Source: a virus (Duplodnaviria > Caudoviricetes). From it: a stretch of DNA of 64,000 nucleotides. The DNA is taken from positions 870 through 64,869 of IMG/VR virus record IMGVR_UViG_3300028571_001454; one strand, given 5' to 3'. The position numbers and the translations under genes are program-made. Below are positions 29,534 through 40,125 of the stretch, in pieces; the first letter of the stretch is position 1; each line of letters opens with the position of its first letter. The notes below the pieces were generated by a model. The model was not told the origin of the DNA. It saw nothing but the letters and a program-made list of their open reading frames with translations, and searched no databases.

Positions 29534-29561
29534 ATTATACAACTGTTATCGGCTATGTCAA
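29534..29561 (-). promoter_or_regulatory. Sigma70-like promoter
   Basis: TTGACA-N16-TATAAT with GCCGAT. Confidence 0.8.
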
Positions 29562-29942
29562 TAGGCTAACTTGATTTTTTTTGAGACAAGCTAGGACTTA
29601 TTCTCGATAACAAGCGATTAGATTGCATTTTGTTTGATATTTAATATCATAATTTAATGTTTCTAATTTACCCCATACATTTTTTATATCGTTTTTAATT
29701 AAATCAGTATTATATTCTACAATTATAATAGATGGTCTAATATCATTTAATCCATCTAACACATCTAATTCAGTTCTTTCATTTTTATGAAAATCGCTGA
29801 CCATAATATTTGATAAAGCATATCCTCTTTTTGTGTTGCTTGATAGCTTTGTTTAGCAGACTCATTTAGAAGATCAATCTCGCTCAGATTTGGTAAACGA
29901 TAATAGGGATAAAAATCTAAAGTAATTAAAAAGTTTTTCATG

Positions 29943-30791
29943 TTAGTCTATAAAGACTCCTTGAAATTCAGATACTAAAAAATCTCTAAGTTCTTTAGCA
30001 TCCTCATGATGCCTAAGGTTATCTAATAGTCTATCTTGTTTTTCTGATGGAAAGATGTCTTGTCCTTCAAAAAAAATCTTTTCAGATTTAATTAAGAAAT
30101 ATTGTAAAGTATTTTTAAACTGCTTATTACTCTTCCAATAATCTGGATCATTATTTTTAACAGCAAGAGCTAGTGCTGTGCAATATATACTAAATTCTAA
30201 AGATCCAGAAACACAATCAGATTTTTCTGTGACTATACTATTCACTGTGTCATTAACAGCACACTCTGCCCCAGCTATATAAGCAGACCACTCATCTATC
30301 GGATATGTTGGAACACTATTCCAGTCATTAATTTGTTTAACAAAATACATATTATATCTATATCCCATAAGAACTTTTGGAATATATGGAATAATATGCT
30401 TCATAGTTATACTAGGGTTCTCTACAATCACACCCATACCCTCACCAGCATAAAAAGCATTAACATTTTTCTTTAATGATGTCTTATAGTAATTTCTTAA
30501 CTCGTTATTTATACCGTGTACTGTTTCGTGTACACCTGTACTTCTTCCATGTTCATCTCCAAAAGGCTCCTGCTTGGAGTATGACAACACTTGATTGTAT
30601 ACAAGATCAGATGGTAAAATTTCTCTATATTTTGTAATATTAATTAGAACTAATCCTACAGAAATAGTCCTATTATTTGTATAGGTGCTTTTAATATCAT
30701 AAGTTTTATGAAACTTATGGAAAAATTCTCCACCATTTGCTTTGTTTATCATAAAAATTATAAGACATATTACGAGGATAATTTTGACCAT
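29943..30791 (-). CDS. Secreted HExxH zinc metalloprotease-like protein
   Basis: Signal-like N-terminus, VHETVHG, downstream DEWSAY. Confidence 0.6.
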   Translation of the reverse strand: MVKIILVICLIIFMINKANGGEFFHKFHKTYDIKSTYTNNRTISVGLVLINITKYREILPSDLVYNQVLSYSKQEPFGDEHGRSTGVHETVHGINNELRNYYKTSLKKNVNAFYAGEGMGVIVENPSITMKHIIPYIPKVLMGYRYNMYFVKQINDWNSVPTYPIDEWSAYIAGAECAVNDTVNSIVTEKSDCVSGSLEFSIYCTALALAVKNNDPDYWKSNKQFKNTLQYFLIKSEKIFFEGQDIFPSEKQDRLLDNLRHHEDAKELRDFLVSEFQGVFID

Positions 30792-31279
30792 GTATTTTCT
30801 CCATGGCTTTGGTTAAGATTTAACCATTTTATATATTCAGTTTTTTTATATCCCTTTTTTCTTGCTTCCTCATTATTTTTATATAGTATGATTGAAGTTG
30901 GAAGTTCTTTTATTTCAAATTTATTTGTTATATCTTTGTTATTATCTATATCTATAAAACATACAATATAATTATCAAACTCTCTAATATTAGTGATATC
31001 TTTTTTAAGATCTTTACAGTAAGGGCACCACGCAGCGCCAAAAATTAATACTAATTTTTTAGCATACGTTTCAGCAGCTCTTTTTGCTTTATCATATTCA
31101 TTATAAAATACGTTGGTTATCAATGCTGGTTTTGGAACAAGAACAACATTTATCTTTGGAGTAACATGAATATCAAATTTTTTATACGACAAAGAGAAAA
31201 CAATTAAACATAAAGCAAATATGATAGTTAATTTATCAAAATTTTTCATTAATATATCCTTACCAGAAATAAAGGCCAT
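30770..31279 (-). CDS. Membrane-anchored thioredoxin-fold protein
   Basis: TM helix, FGAAWCPYC, ELPT. Confidence 0.85.
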   Translation of the reverse strand: MAFISGKDILMKNFDKLTIIFALCLIVFSLSYKKFDIHVTPKINVVLVPKPALITNVFYNEYDKAKRAAETYAKKLVLIFGAAWCPYCKDLKKDITNIREFDNYIVCFIDIDNNKDITNKFEIKELPTSIILYKNNEEARKKGYKKTEYIKWLNLNQSHGENTWSKLSS

Positions 31280-31323
31280 ATATTATTTACACCGAAGGAG
31301 GCGCAATATGTCTAGGCAGAAGA

Positions 31324-32073
31324 TTATTTGTGATTTTTAATTGTGGACTCTATCCAGTCCTTAAATATACTGACCCTTGTATGACCACTAAAATTAGAAT
31401 AGGTTGCCTTTGGTTTAGACCCGGTTCTGCTCCATATACAAGAATGTATACCAGCTAGTTTTTGATCTATAAAAAGACCACCGCCACTATCTCCATGAGA
31501 AATTAAAAACTCCATTGTTGTATATGGTTTTCCTAAGAGAGAACAAATAAGCATATCTTTTTCTATAGAATCTATAGTATTTGTACCCGCCCGTTTAATT
31601 CCATCAATTTTAATGCTTCCTGTTTCAAAAGTCCCCGTGTCTCCATATCCAGCCTGACTAGATACTTTACCTATTTCATCAGATTTATCATACAAGCTTG
31701 GATAGAATTCTAAATCTATACTTTCTTCCAAGTAACATAAGGCAATATCTTTTTTGCCAAACATATCCATATCAAATTTTGATGGTTTTTTAGTTAAAAT
31801 AATATTAATGTGTTTATTCTTATAAAGAATATATATATTACTTGTATCATTAACAACGTGTGCTGCTGTTATTGCCCATCTTGGATTAATTATAACAGCA
31901 GATGCTCTATATTTTTCCTTTTCTTTATTTAATCCCTCAATCAATACTACACACTCATGCTTAGACCCATACTCTATATATTTATCGTCATTAGCTTTAG
32001 GGTCTATAGTACCACCAAAAGAGATATTGGTAAAGAATAATAATATAATATATAAAACAATATTATTGTTCAT
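31324..32073 (-). CDS. Secreted trypsin-like (S1) serine protease
   Basis: Signal peptide, TAAHV, DIAL, GDSGGG. Confidence 0.9.
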   Translation of the reverse strand: MNNNIVLYIILLFFTNISFGGTIDPKANDDKYIEYGSKHECVVLIEGLNKEKEKYRASAVIINPRWAITAAHVVNDTSNIYILYKNKHINIILTKKPSKFDMDMFGKKDIALCYLEESIDLEFYPSLYDKSDEIGKVSSQAGYGDTGTFETGSIKIDGIKRAGTNTIDSIEKDMLICSLLGKPYTTMEFLISHGDSGGGLFIDQKLAGIHSCIWSRTGSKPKATYSNFSGHTRVSIFKDWIESTIKNHK

Positions 32074-32248
32074 TGGGTAAAACTAATGCAAATAATAGGT
32101 ATACCCAAAAAAGAATACTACCAGTAAAAATTGCACCAAGAACAAACCCTAATCTAACCACAGAGATATCCAATCCCGTACTTTCTGCTATTCCCCCACA
32201 AACGCCAAAGAAAACTCTATTTTTATTACTCTTGTGAAGTTGACTCAT
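32063..32248 (-). CDS. pspC: PspC domain protein
   Basis: LHKSNKNRVFFGVCGGIAE...VVRL + TM segment ending Y...P. Confidence 0.85.
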   Translation of the reverse strand: MSQLHKSNKNRVFFGVCGGIAESTGLDISVVRLGFVLGAIFTGSILFWVYLLFALVLPNEQ

Positions 32249-33131
32249 AGGTAGATCCTTTAATAATTTGTTTAATACAATAGTCTGAATAACCTGAAAT
32301 TAACATAGCTTTATAATACCCTACTACGGGAATAAGTTCTAAAATCATTTTTTTTCCTCTTGAGAATATAGTACAACCTTAAGTATTATGTATCCGTCTC
32401 GTCCACTATCAATATTTTGTATTGCAGATATCTTACCTTTGCCTAAAAAAGAATCTCCAACCAATAAGAATGGCCCGCCATCTAAATTAGCAGATGTTAT
32501 TACGGAAACATCTGATTGACAACCAAATTTAGCCCAATCGCTTTCTCCCTCAATTAAATATTCATACTCCCCAACTTGCGTTATTATCCTTTTGTTTTTT
32601 CCTTTAGGCTGTAAGCACTTGCTCATTAAATGTCTCGCTATTTAGAGCATAACCTTTAGTATTTTTTGACGCTAGGTTATTAAGAACGTCTTTTAATCTA
32701 TTATTTTCTTCTTCTAATTTTTTTATAATAGCATTGGCTTCAGAAAGAGCCTGATGAAGATATTTATTTTTGTTTGTAACTTCACCAAAAATAAAAGCAT
32801 TAGTGTTTTGCATAATTGTTACCCTTGTTTAAGGACTACAACATTGATATCTTATATATTATATTACACCTAAGTATCAATTGAGCATAGAAAACTTTTT
32901 AACTGTTTAAGTTGTTTATCGTCCAATATGATTTGATCATGATAAGGCTTGCCTGTAAAAATAGCCTGTGTAGCATATCGTAGCCTCTGCCATAATGACA
33001 GTTTATGATAAAAAGATGCTTGACTTTCATAAATAGCTAGATCTGCCAGTTTATATTTATGATCATAATCTATAACAAGTATTTCTTGCTTACAGTTGCA
33101 TTGAAAAAATACACTATGATTATTGTCAAAA

Positions 33132-33947
33132 TTAGTTATCATTACCATTATTTTTTATCCTATTATAGAGAAGAATAATGTCATTATTGAAAACATTTTC
33201 TTTTTGCATACTTTTGAAGTGAATATCTTCATACTTTCTATCAACTTTATTACCGCCTCCTCTTGATGCTTTTATTTGAAAATCTTCTAAGCTTTTTGTA
33301 TAATAATGATTGAGGCGCATTATCTCATTAATAATTGGCTTAGATTGTCTTTGTCTTGTACTACCAAAAGCATCTTGTACCGCTTGTCCTAATACATTAA
33401 CACTACCTTTAATTGTAGGCATCCAGTGTGGATTATTATGATGCCCTTGTATTTTATCATATCCTTTGGGATTAATGATAGATTTAATATGTTCATTAGC
33501 CCCATGAGTAGGACAAGACTGTGTATAGTTGTATATGATAGAATTTTGTTTATTTGTATGATTATTAGCGCCAAATAATAGCCAATGTAAACATACCCCA
33601 TCATAATTTTCATACTTAGATAAATATGTTTTTATATCGACAGAGGCATCTAATAAAACAACAAATTCGTCTATATCAAAAAAACCAATCCATCTAAAAT
33701 AGTCATAGTTATTAACACAATGTACTTGTGCCCTAATTTGTCTACCATGTTGATTATCTTGTGTCCAATCAACAATACTAACTAGTCCATTTTTAATTTC
33801 TGAACTAAAGATATCAGTAAGCTTTGGATAACTACCATTATCATAAAGAATAAAATGATCCACCCCTATTGCAGAATGATACTCTATCCATTCTTTAATA
33901 TTATCAGCAGGCTCTTTACATAATGCTGAGAGAGCTATGTTATTCAT
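33132..33947 (-). CDS. GT92/Glyco_tranf_2_4-like glycosyltransferase
   Basis: EWIEYH..IGVDHFILYDN, WIGFFDIDEF, KSIINP, LNHY. Confidence 0.85.
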   Translation of the reverse strand: MNNIALSALCKEPADNIKEWIEYHSAIGVDHFILYDNGSYPKLTDIFSSEIKNGLVSIVDWTQDNQHGRQIRAQVHCVNNYDYFRWIGFFDIDEFVVLLDASVDIKTYLSKYENYDGVCLHWLLFGANNHTNKQNSIIYNYTQSCPTHGANEHIKSIINPKGYDKIQGHHNNPHWMPTIKGSVNVLGQAVQDAFGSTRQRQSKPIINEIMRLNHYYTKSLEDFQIKASRGGGNKVDRKYEDIHFKSMQKENVFNNDIILLYNRIKNNGNDN

Positions 33948-34062
33948 ATTTTTTCTTTTGGTTTCGCTTCTCATGCCTAAAGATTCTCTCGTAATTTTTT
34001 TCCCAAGTTTTTTGATTAACACTCTTAGGTCTTGGCTTACTACCCTTGCCATTTTGACTCAT
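33940..34062 (-). CDS. Small basic conserved phage peptide
   Basis: GKGSKPRPKSV..WEKNYERIF; SD GGAG. Confidence 0.6.
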   Translation of the reverse strand: MSQNGKGSKPRPKSVNQKTWEKNYERIFRHEKRNQKKKYE

Positions 34063-34239
34063 CGTTTTCTCCAACATATAAAAATTCATTCTCAGATAGT
34101 AGATACATTCTTGCAGAATCGCCATATATCTCGTATAGATAAGATCCATCGCTTTGTGGCATATCTTTGTTTAAGTATCCGTATTCGATAATTTGATTAT
34201 CTTTTAATATAGCAACTCTAGGGAATCTCATTGGCATGA

Positions 34240-34861
34240 TTATATTTTTCCAGATTTTTTGAGATTATCTATTGCCCATAAGGGTTGTAAATTGCTATAA
34301 TGAAAACAGACTCTTTGCTGCTCTATATCAGTTAAATCGAAACTACAACACGGTTTAATATGATCTATATGCCACTCTCCAAAATTATCCCAACTCATAC
34401 CAAACGTGAACCTACTCTCTAAGTATAGTTTAAGATGCTCCCAAGAACAACCTGTTAATTCATAAGAAGTGCTATTTTTTGAACCTCTAGATAAAGCCAT
34501 TCTAATACGATTACTAATGATAGTTCTTAGTCTAAAGTTTATATTTTCTTTACGGTTTCTGTCGTCGTCTTTTGTTAATTTTTTCTCGATATTTTTCTCT
34601 ATGTTTCTTAGCATTTATGGCAACTTTATCTGGATTTTCTTGTCCCCATTGTTTTCTGATTTTGTTGAGATGATCTTTATTTTTAGCTCTATATTCCTGT
34701 TGTTGTTTTTTAATTTTCTTTTTGTTCTTTTGCCTTCTTAGAATATTGTATTCCTTATGACAGCATTTACAATATGGTGACTTTCCATCTTTTGACGCTT
34801 TTTGATTATGAAAATTAATCAACTCCTGTTTTTTACTGCATTTTATACATTGCTTTTTCAT
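34240..34861 (-). pseudogene. Frameshifted HNH homing endonuclease (WHIDHI family)
   Basis: Zn-finger half (to 34550) and nuclease half (WHIDHIKPC..NLQPLWA) offset by one extra A near 34557. Confidence 0.8.
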
Positions 34862-34903
34862 AGTGTATACCTCTTTGCTTATTGTATACACCAAAAACTA
34901 GAA

Positions 34904-35599
34904 TCAATCTTCAAAAACGTATGACCAATAACGAGAATCAGTCTTGTTCTGTTTTGCATCCCAAAAAATACATCTAGCGATATACAAGGGAACATTAAGT
35001 TTTCCACAATTAATACTCCAATGTCTCTCCATCTTCTTATACAGGGACAATCCGGTTTTACTCTGATATGTAAGAGTTTTCATTCCGTACAATTCAAGCA
35101 TGTGAGTATCTCCACAAAATACTCTACATTCATTAGGATGAATTTGTTCCAAAGAAAATGAAATTTTTGCAGAGCCTAGACCGCTAATCTTATTCACAAT
35201 ACTATCTCTCTTTTTAACATGACCCTTTTTAGCTGTAAAATAGAAATCTTTAGGATTAGCCCAAAATTGATCTTTAAAATCCCAAATAAACTTTGTCCTG
35301 TTATTATAGAGTCCACAACCGCTATTCTTAATCTTCTCTCTCAGAGACTCCTTGTTATCCATCCAATCACTAAAATTTTTGATAGCATTATATCCATTAA
35401 CATTAGATTTCCATGTTGTATGGACGCTCATGAAACTAAATAGATAGCGACGAAAAATATCTTCATCAGTCTTGGGACGAACAGTTTCCCAGTAGTCCTT
35501 ATAGGCCACTACCTTGTCCTTGGGAAAGTTCTTAAAAAACTCGTCAGCTTTGCTCGTACTCATAACGACCGGCTTTTTCTCAACAACAATCTCTGTCAT
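34904..35599 (-). CDS. HhH DNA glycosylase/lyase (Ogg2-like)
   Basis: RDSIVNKISGLGSAKISF (HhH with Lys), CGDTHML (Asp); SD GAGG. Confidence 0.65.
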   Translation of the reverse strand: MTEIVVEKKPVVMSTSKADEFFKNFPKDKVVAYKDYWETVRPKTDEDIFRRYLFSFMSVHTTWKSNVNGYNAIKNFSDWMDNKESLREKIKNSGCGLYNNRTKFIWDFKDQFWANPKDFYFTAKKGHVKKRDSIVNKISGLGSAKISFSLEQIHPNECRVFCGDTHMLELYGMKTLTYQSKTGLSLYKKMERHWSINCGKLNVPLYIARCIFWDAKQNKTDSRYWSYVFED

Positions 35600-35636
35600 A
35601 ATGTCCTCAAAGTTTGGTTCCAAAGTGTATGCTGCC

Positions 35637-35665
35637 ATTCTACACTAATCCTATCGTCTTGTCAA
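35637..35665 (-). promoter_or_regulatory. Sigma70-like promoter
   Basis: TTGACA-N17-TAGAAT with ACGAT. Confidence 0.75.
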
Positions 35666-35747
35666 GACCCGTTTCTTGAGTGTAGGGAATCTAATTTTTT
35701 TGGTGTATAGTAATAGTAATACTGCTCAGTCTAAATAAGGAATAGGT

Positions 35748-36386
35748 ATGAAAAAACAATGTGGTGAATGTGGCAAATATAAAATTGCTAATAATAAAAA
35801 TTTTCATAAAAGCAAAAATCATAAATATGGACTTCATCCATATTGTAAGATGTGTCAAAAGTCAAAAGACCAAAAAAGATATAAAAAAAATGGCGATGAA
35901 ATCAGAGAGAGAGTTAGACAAAGGAGGCAAGATTATCCAGAAAAATTAAAAGTGGAGGGGCAAGAATATTATCGTAAAAATAAAACAAGATTACTCAAAA
36001 AAAGTACAGAATATCGTCAAAGACCAGAAAGAAAAAAAAGAATGAGCGAAATACATCAATACAGAATGAAAAATGATACTTTGTATAAATTAAGACATAT
36101 ATTAAGATCCAGAATAAGTAAAGCATTTATAAGAAAAACAGAAAAAAGCCGGGATATTTTGGGTTGTTCTATCGAACAGGTTCGTGATCATTTAGAAAGT
36201 CAATTTACTATAAAAATGTCTTGGAATAATCATGGCACTTACTGGGAGATAGATCATATAATACCATTAGCCTCTGCCAGGGATCAGAAAAAGCTTAGAG
36301 AATTATGTCATTATTCTAATCTTCAACCCCTAGAATCTAGTAAAAACAGAGAAAAGGGTGCGAGATTAGATTGGAAAAATAATTAA
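35748..36386 (+). CDS. Free-standing HNH homing endonuclease (WHIDHI family)
   Basis: CGEC..CKMC; LGCS, WEIDHIIP, HYSNLQPL; convergent 4-nt overlap with ligase. Confidence 0.85.
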   Translation: MKKQCGECGKYKIANNKNFHKSKNHKYGLHPYCKMCQKSKDQKRYKKNGDEIRERVRQRRQDYPEKLKVEGQEYYRKNKTRLLKKSTEYRQRPERKKRMSEIHQYRMKNDTLYKLRHILRSRISKAFIRKTEKSRDILGCSIEQVRDHLESQFTIKMSWNNHGTYWEIDHIIPLASARDQKKLRELCHYSNLQPLESSKNREKGARLDWKNN

Positions 36387-37684
36387 ATGTCTCTTGTTTC
36401 TCCATAGAGATACTTAAAGGTCGGAAAGCGAAGACTTAATTTTCCATCTTGATTCTTTGTTTCTTCAAAATACTGTACTTGGATAATTTTGCCAAGAATT
36501 TTCTTAGGATTATTATAAAACTCCTGTCTTTGTTCAATACTAAAGCCAGACCCTACTCTTACAGTATATCCCTTGTGCTGAATCATAACACAACTCAACA
36601 TTGTCTCCTCACACTCTGCACCATCCTTAACATAACGAAATGGCCCCATTTCAGTATCTAGAACCTCATATTCGTCATCAAAAAAGCTCTTATACTTCAG
36701 CAAATCTTTGCTACGCTTTCCTTTATAGGGTTCGTCTGCTCTTAGCATCAAACCCTCCCACTTTTGCTTGTTAGATTTATCAATCCACTCAGCAAAATGC
36801 TCATCGTCTGCAATAAATTCTTGATCCAGAACAGACAAACAGGCACACTCATTATTTCTCATTTGATAGCATAAGCTTTTGTAACGATAAGAATATGTAT
36901 TGCTAGGATTCCCCTTTTTGCTGTAAAATTCATCATGAGTAATCATATCAAAAATCTTATACGATGGATTAGGGATGGTATGATCCTTCTTGCGAAGTTC
37001 CTTCATTACTCCTTGAAAATCCTCATTACCATCTTCATCAACAAGACAAAGCTCTCCATCAAGAACTACATTAGTAATACCCAGAGCTTTAATGCAACCG
37101 CAAACAATATCAAGAGTATCAAAGATTTTTCCCGTGCGGGAATAGAAGGTAGTATTGCCAGTAGCGTCAACAATACCAATACATCTAGCACCGTCGATCT
37201 TCCTACTAACATACCATCCATCCTTCCAATCTACAATTTTAGGAACATACTTGTCTGCTAGAGCAACACTAAATGTGGGAATATGATCTGGAATAGCCTT
37301 ATTAATAAGCTTATCTCCAGCACGGGTTTTCAAATCTTTATCAATAATGCTGTGAACTAGTTCTTCGTATTCTCTTTGATTGTCAATAAAAGTATTAACT
37401 GCCCCAATAGCATCATGGCCTGTAATTTCTCTGTTCTTCAAAGAATCCAACAGATCAAATATAGACTTATAGACTTTGCCACGCAGATGGCTTTTCTTTT
37501 TAAGATTATCACTAGTGACGTTATACTGCCAAAGAGGATGGTATGTATAAAGCAGAATCTTTTTGATAAAATCTGCTCCAGCCTGATTGGAAGAGGTATA
37601 ATCCTCAATAATTCCAACCTTATCAATTGTACTGCTAGTTGCCTTCAAATCACGAACAAAACCATTAAGATGCTCAAACGACAT
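36383..37684 (-). CDS. lig: ATP-dependent DNA ligase
   Basis: KIDGAR, LDGEL, FD, EGLMLR, LLKYK, VGSGF, SLRFP; SD AGGAGA before ATG 37684. Confidence 0.95.
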   Translation of the reverse strand: MSFEHLNGFVRDLKATSSTIDKVGIIEDYTSSNQAGADFIKKILLYTYHPLWQYNVTSDNLKKKSHLRGKVYKSIFDLLDSLKNREITGHDAIGAVNTFIDNQREYEELVHSIIDKDLKTRAGDKLINKAIPDHIPTFSVALADKYVPKIVDWKDGWYVSRKIDGARCIGIVDATGNTTFYSRTGKIFDTLDIVCGCIKALGITNVVLDGELCLVDEDGNEDFQGVMKELRKKDHTIPNPSYKIFDMITHDEFYSKKGNPSNTYSYRYKSLCYQMRNNECACLSVLDQEFIADDEHFAEWIDKSNKQKWEGLMLRADEPYKGKRSKDLLKYKSFFDDEYEVLDTEMGPFRYVKDGAECEETMLSCVMIQHKGYTVRVGSGFSIEQRQEFYNNPKKILGKIIQVQYFEETKNQDGKLSLRFPTFKYLYGETRDI

Positions 37685-37709
37685 TTTTATTTTCTCCTGT
37701 GTTGTCCCA

Positions 37710-37738
37710 ATTCTACCATACGGCAGTCCTCTTGTCAA
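37710..37738 (-). promoter_or_regulatory. Sigma70-like promoter (ligase)
   Basis: TTGACA-N17-TAGAAT with GCCGTAT. Confidence 0.75.
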
Positions 37739-37950
37739 GCATCGTCTAATCGGTTCCGTTTCTTAAATACTATTGCCATAGACTGAACCAAATCGCTACC
37801 AGAAGTCTGAAACCAGCATGGAAAAAACGCATGGACTATTAAACAAAATCCAGCAACTAAAGATAAACATCCAAAAAATACAGCAAATTTAAAATGCTGA
37901 TAATATGTCATATCATTTTCTATTAAATGCTCTCTAATCTTATTTTTCAT
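37735..37950 (-). CDS. DUF6356-like small membrane protein
   Basis: HLIENDMTYYQHFKFA...VHAFFP.WFQTSGS. Confidence 0.75.
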   Translation of the reverse strand: MKNKIREHLIENDMTYYQHFKFAVFFGCLSLVAGFCLIVHAFFPCWFQTSGSDLVQSMAIVFKKRNRLDDA

Positions 37951-38290
37951 ATCGTTTTTGTCTTGAAAGAAAATAATTCATAGCGTTCACAATACTCTGA
38001 AAATCATCTCCAAGTTTACCTATGCCAGTATTGCAAGCCTCACAGAGCCAGCCCCTAAAACTATTATCGTCATGATCATGATCCAAAGCCCATTTATATG
38101 GAACTTTTTTACAGCACTCACAAACCTCTGGTCTTGGTGGAGCTTTTTTATGTAGCTTGACTCGTATCTTAGAATGTTTCTTAACGCATTTTCTGCATCT
38201 ACTATCAAGATTATCTTTGTACATACTGTGCTTGGGAAAACTTGCTAAGTTTTTACGTTTCTCACAATAAGTACAAATTTTTCTAGCCAT
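37940..38290 (-). CDS. Endonuclease VII-family nuclease
   Basis: CECC, LDHDH..FRGWLCEACNTGIG. Confidence 0.85.
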   Translation of the reverse strand: MARKICTYCEKRKNLASFPKHSMYKDNLDSRCRKCVKKHSKIRVKLHKKAPPRPEVCECCKKVPYKWALDHDHDDNSFRGWLCEACNTGIGKLGDDFQSIVNAMNYFLSRQKRYEK

Positions 38291-39534
38291 TAAAATAGTT
38301 CTTTAATAAGTTTGCCACTATTAGCAATTCTCATTGGTCGTCCATTTTTGGCAGTAAAGTTCGTTTCTAATGAGATTCCTAGTGATTTAAGAACACTCGC
38401 CATCAAATCCTGTGAAGTATATGGTTCGGTAATTACTTCCTTACCATCACTGCTGGTTTCTCCAACAATTGTGCCACCTTTAAATCCTGCTCCACCAACA
38501 ACAACACTCCAGCTTTTAGCCCAATGATCTCGCCCCCCATTACTATTGATATTTGGGGTTCTTCCAAATTCTCCCATACAAATAATAGTAGTGTCTTGTA
38601 GTAGACCCTTATCATTTAAATCACTTATCAAGGCACTCATAGCTTTATCTAAATCTGGTAACTTCTGATCTTGTAGAGTCTTAAAAATGTCGGTATGATT
38701 ATCCCAACCTCCAAGATCAACCTCAATGAACGGAACTCCCATCTCTACTAATCTTCTTGCCATCAAACATCCACGACCAAATCCAGTATTGCCATATCTT
38801 TCTTGAACTTCTTTTGGTTCTTTAGATACTTTGAATACATCCATCTGAGAACTGGTCATCAGTTTAACTGTTTTAGTCAAAAGTTTAGAGTGGTCAGAAG
38901 CATAGTCTCCACGCTTTTCATTAACAAATTTATCTTCAATAGTTTTAAGCATACGCAGTCTTTGGTCTAATCTAGATTGATCTATGTCCATAGTAAGATC
39001 ACGAACTGTTCCATTAGAATTAACCACAAATGGAGAATAAGATGTTCCTAAAAATCCAGCACCAATACTAGCTCCTCCAATACTAACAAATGGAGGAATA
39101 TCAATCTGTGGTATACTAGATATTAATTCATGAGAGATTACTGAACCATAACTAGGATGTTCAATATTAGGATTAGGAACATATCCTGTGTGCATATAAT
39201 AGCGACCTCTCGTATGGTCTGCTTCTCTTGTACTCATTGAGCGAACAATATTCATGTGGTGCATTTGCTTTGCCATTAGTGGCAGATGTTCGCAAATCTG
39301 AATACCATCAGCACTAGTAGATACTGGCTTAAAAATTCCACCAGTAGCAGCACCCGGTTTTAAATCCCACAGATCAATAGTGCTTGGGCCTCCACTCATC
39401 CACAAAAGAATAGCACTCTTATTCTTCTTTTTTAGTTCATTAGCATTTGCTAGGATAGAATCTGTAAAGAATAAAGAAGATGCTGACAACGATGAAATTG
39501 CAGCAGAGTGGTTTAAGAAATGGCGACGATTCAT
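38290..39534 (-). CDS. DUF1501 family protein with Tat signal
   Basis: MNRRHFL; ILLWMSGGPSTIDLWDLKP, CLMARRLVEMGV, GWDNH, GEFGRTP, GRDHW. Confidence 0.92.
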   Translation of the reverse strand: MNRRHFLNHSAAISSLSASSLFFTDSILANANELKKKNKSAILLWMSGGPSTIDLWDLKPGAATGGIFKPVSTSADGIQICEHLPLMAKQMHHMNIVRSMSTREADHTRGRYYMHTGYVPNPNIEHPSYGSVISHELISSIPQIDIPPFVSIGGASIGAGFLGTSYSPFVVNSNGTVRDLTMDIDQSRLDQRLRMLKTIEDKFVNEKRGDYASDHSKLLTKTVKLMTSSQMDVFKVSKEPKEVQERYGNTGFGRGCLMARRLVEMGVPFIEVDLGGWDNHTDIFKTLQDQKLPDLDKAMSALISDLNDKGLLQDTTIICMGEFGRTPNINSNGGRDHWAKSWSVVVGGAGFKGGTIVGETSSDGKEVITEPYTSQDLMASVLKSLGISLETNFTAKNGRPMRIANSGKLIKELF

Positions 39535-40070
39535 TGGTGAAACCCATTAGTTACTTTAAAACAAAAATCCAACACTTCTTCATCAGAGAATACATTTCTA
39601 GCATAATTAAAAATTAAAGCCACAAACCTAATATTTCCTTTAATATAACCCTTGTCGTTATCTATTCTGTCGATAGAAGCCTGATATGGTCTACTTATTA
39701 TACTCTTAGTTTTTGAATGTGTTTTTAGCTCTAATTGTTGTTTTGTAAATGGACAAATTCCCTTTTGAGATTCCCATAATTCTTGTAAATACTGTATATC
39801 TACATTATATCCAATATTGCTTTCTTTGTTGTGTTTGCGTATAACTTTTATATACCATCTAAAGTTAGAAGATTTATCTGGTTGGCGAGTATACTTTGTT
39901 TTAATAAAGTTGTCCTGATATTGTATAAGATGTTTAATCTTATGTTTACTAGCACAACTATTGTTGCAATAAAACGTATCTTTGCCTACTTTTTTGCGTC
40001 TTTTAACTTCTGATACTAATTTTATAACCTCTTTGTCACAAGTGGCACATTTGATTATTGTTGTTTTCAT
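39531..40070 (-). CDS. Free-standing HNH-like homing endonuclease (SIDRID family)
   Basis: CATC, CNNSC; WESQKGICP, ASIDRIDNDKGYIKGNI, N; SD GGAGG. Confidence 0.8.
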   Translation of the reverse strand: MKTTIIKCATCDKEVIKLVSEVKRRKKVGKDTFYCNNSCASKHKIKHLIQYQDNFIKTKYTRQPDKSSNFRWYIKVIRKHNKESNIGYNVDIQYLQELWESQKGICPFTKQQLELKTHSKTKSIISRPYQASIDRIDNDKGYIKGNIRFVALIFNYARNVFSDEEVLDFCFKVTNGFHQ

Positions 40071-40125
40071 TGGCTCCTCCATAACTATCATACACCAATT
40101 TTATGGACGAGAGCTAAAAATTAAG

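Noticed and set aside
29598-29804. FkbM-like methyltransferase (TELDVLDG..RPSIIIVEY)
   Set aside because: Only a C-terminal fragment; at best a remnant
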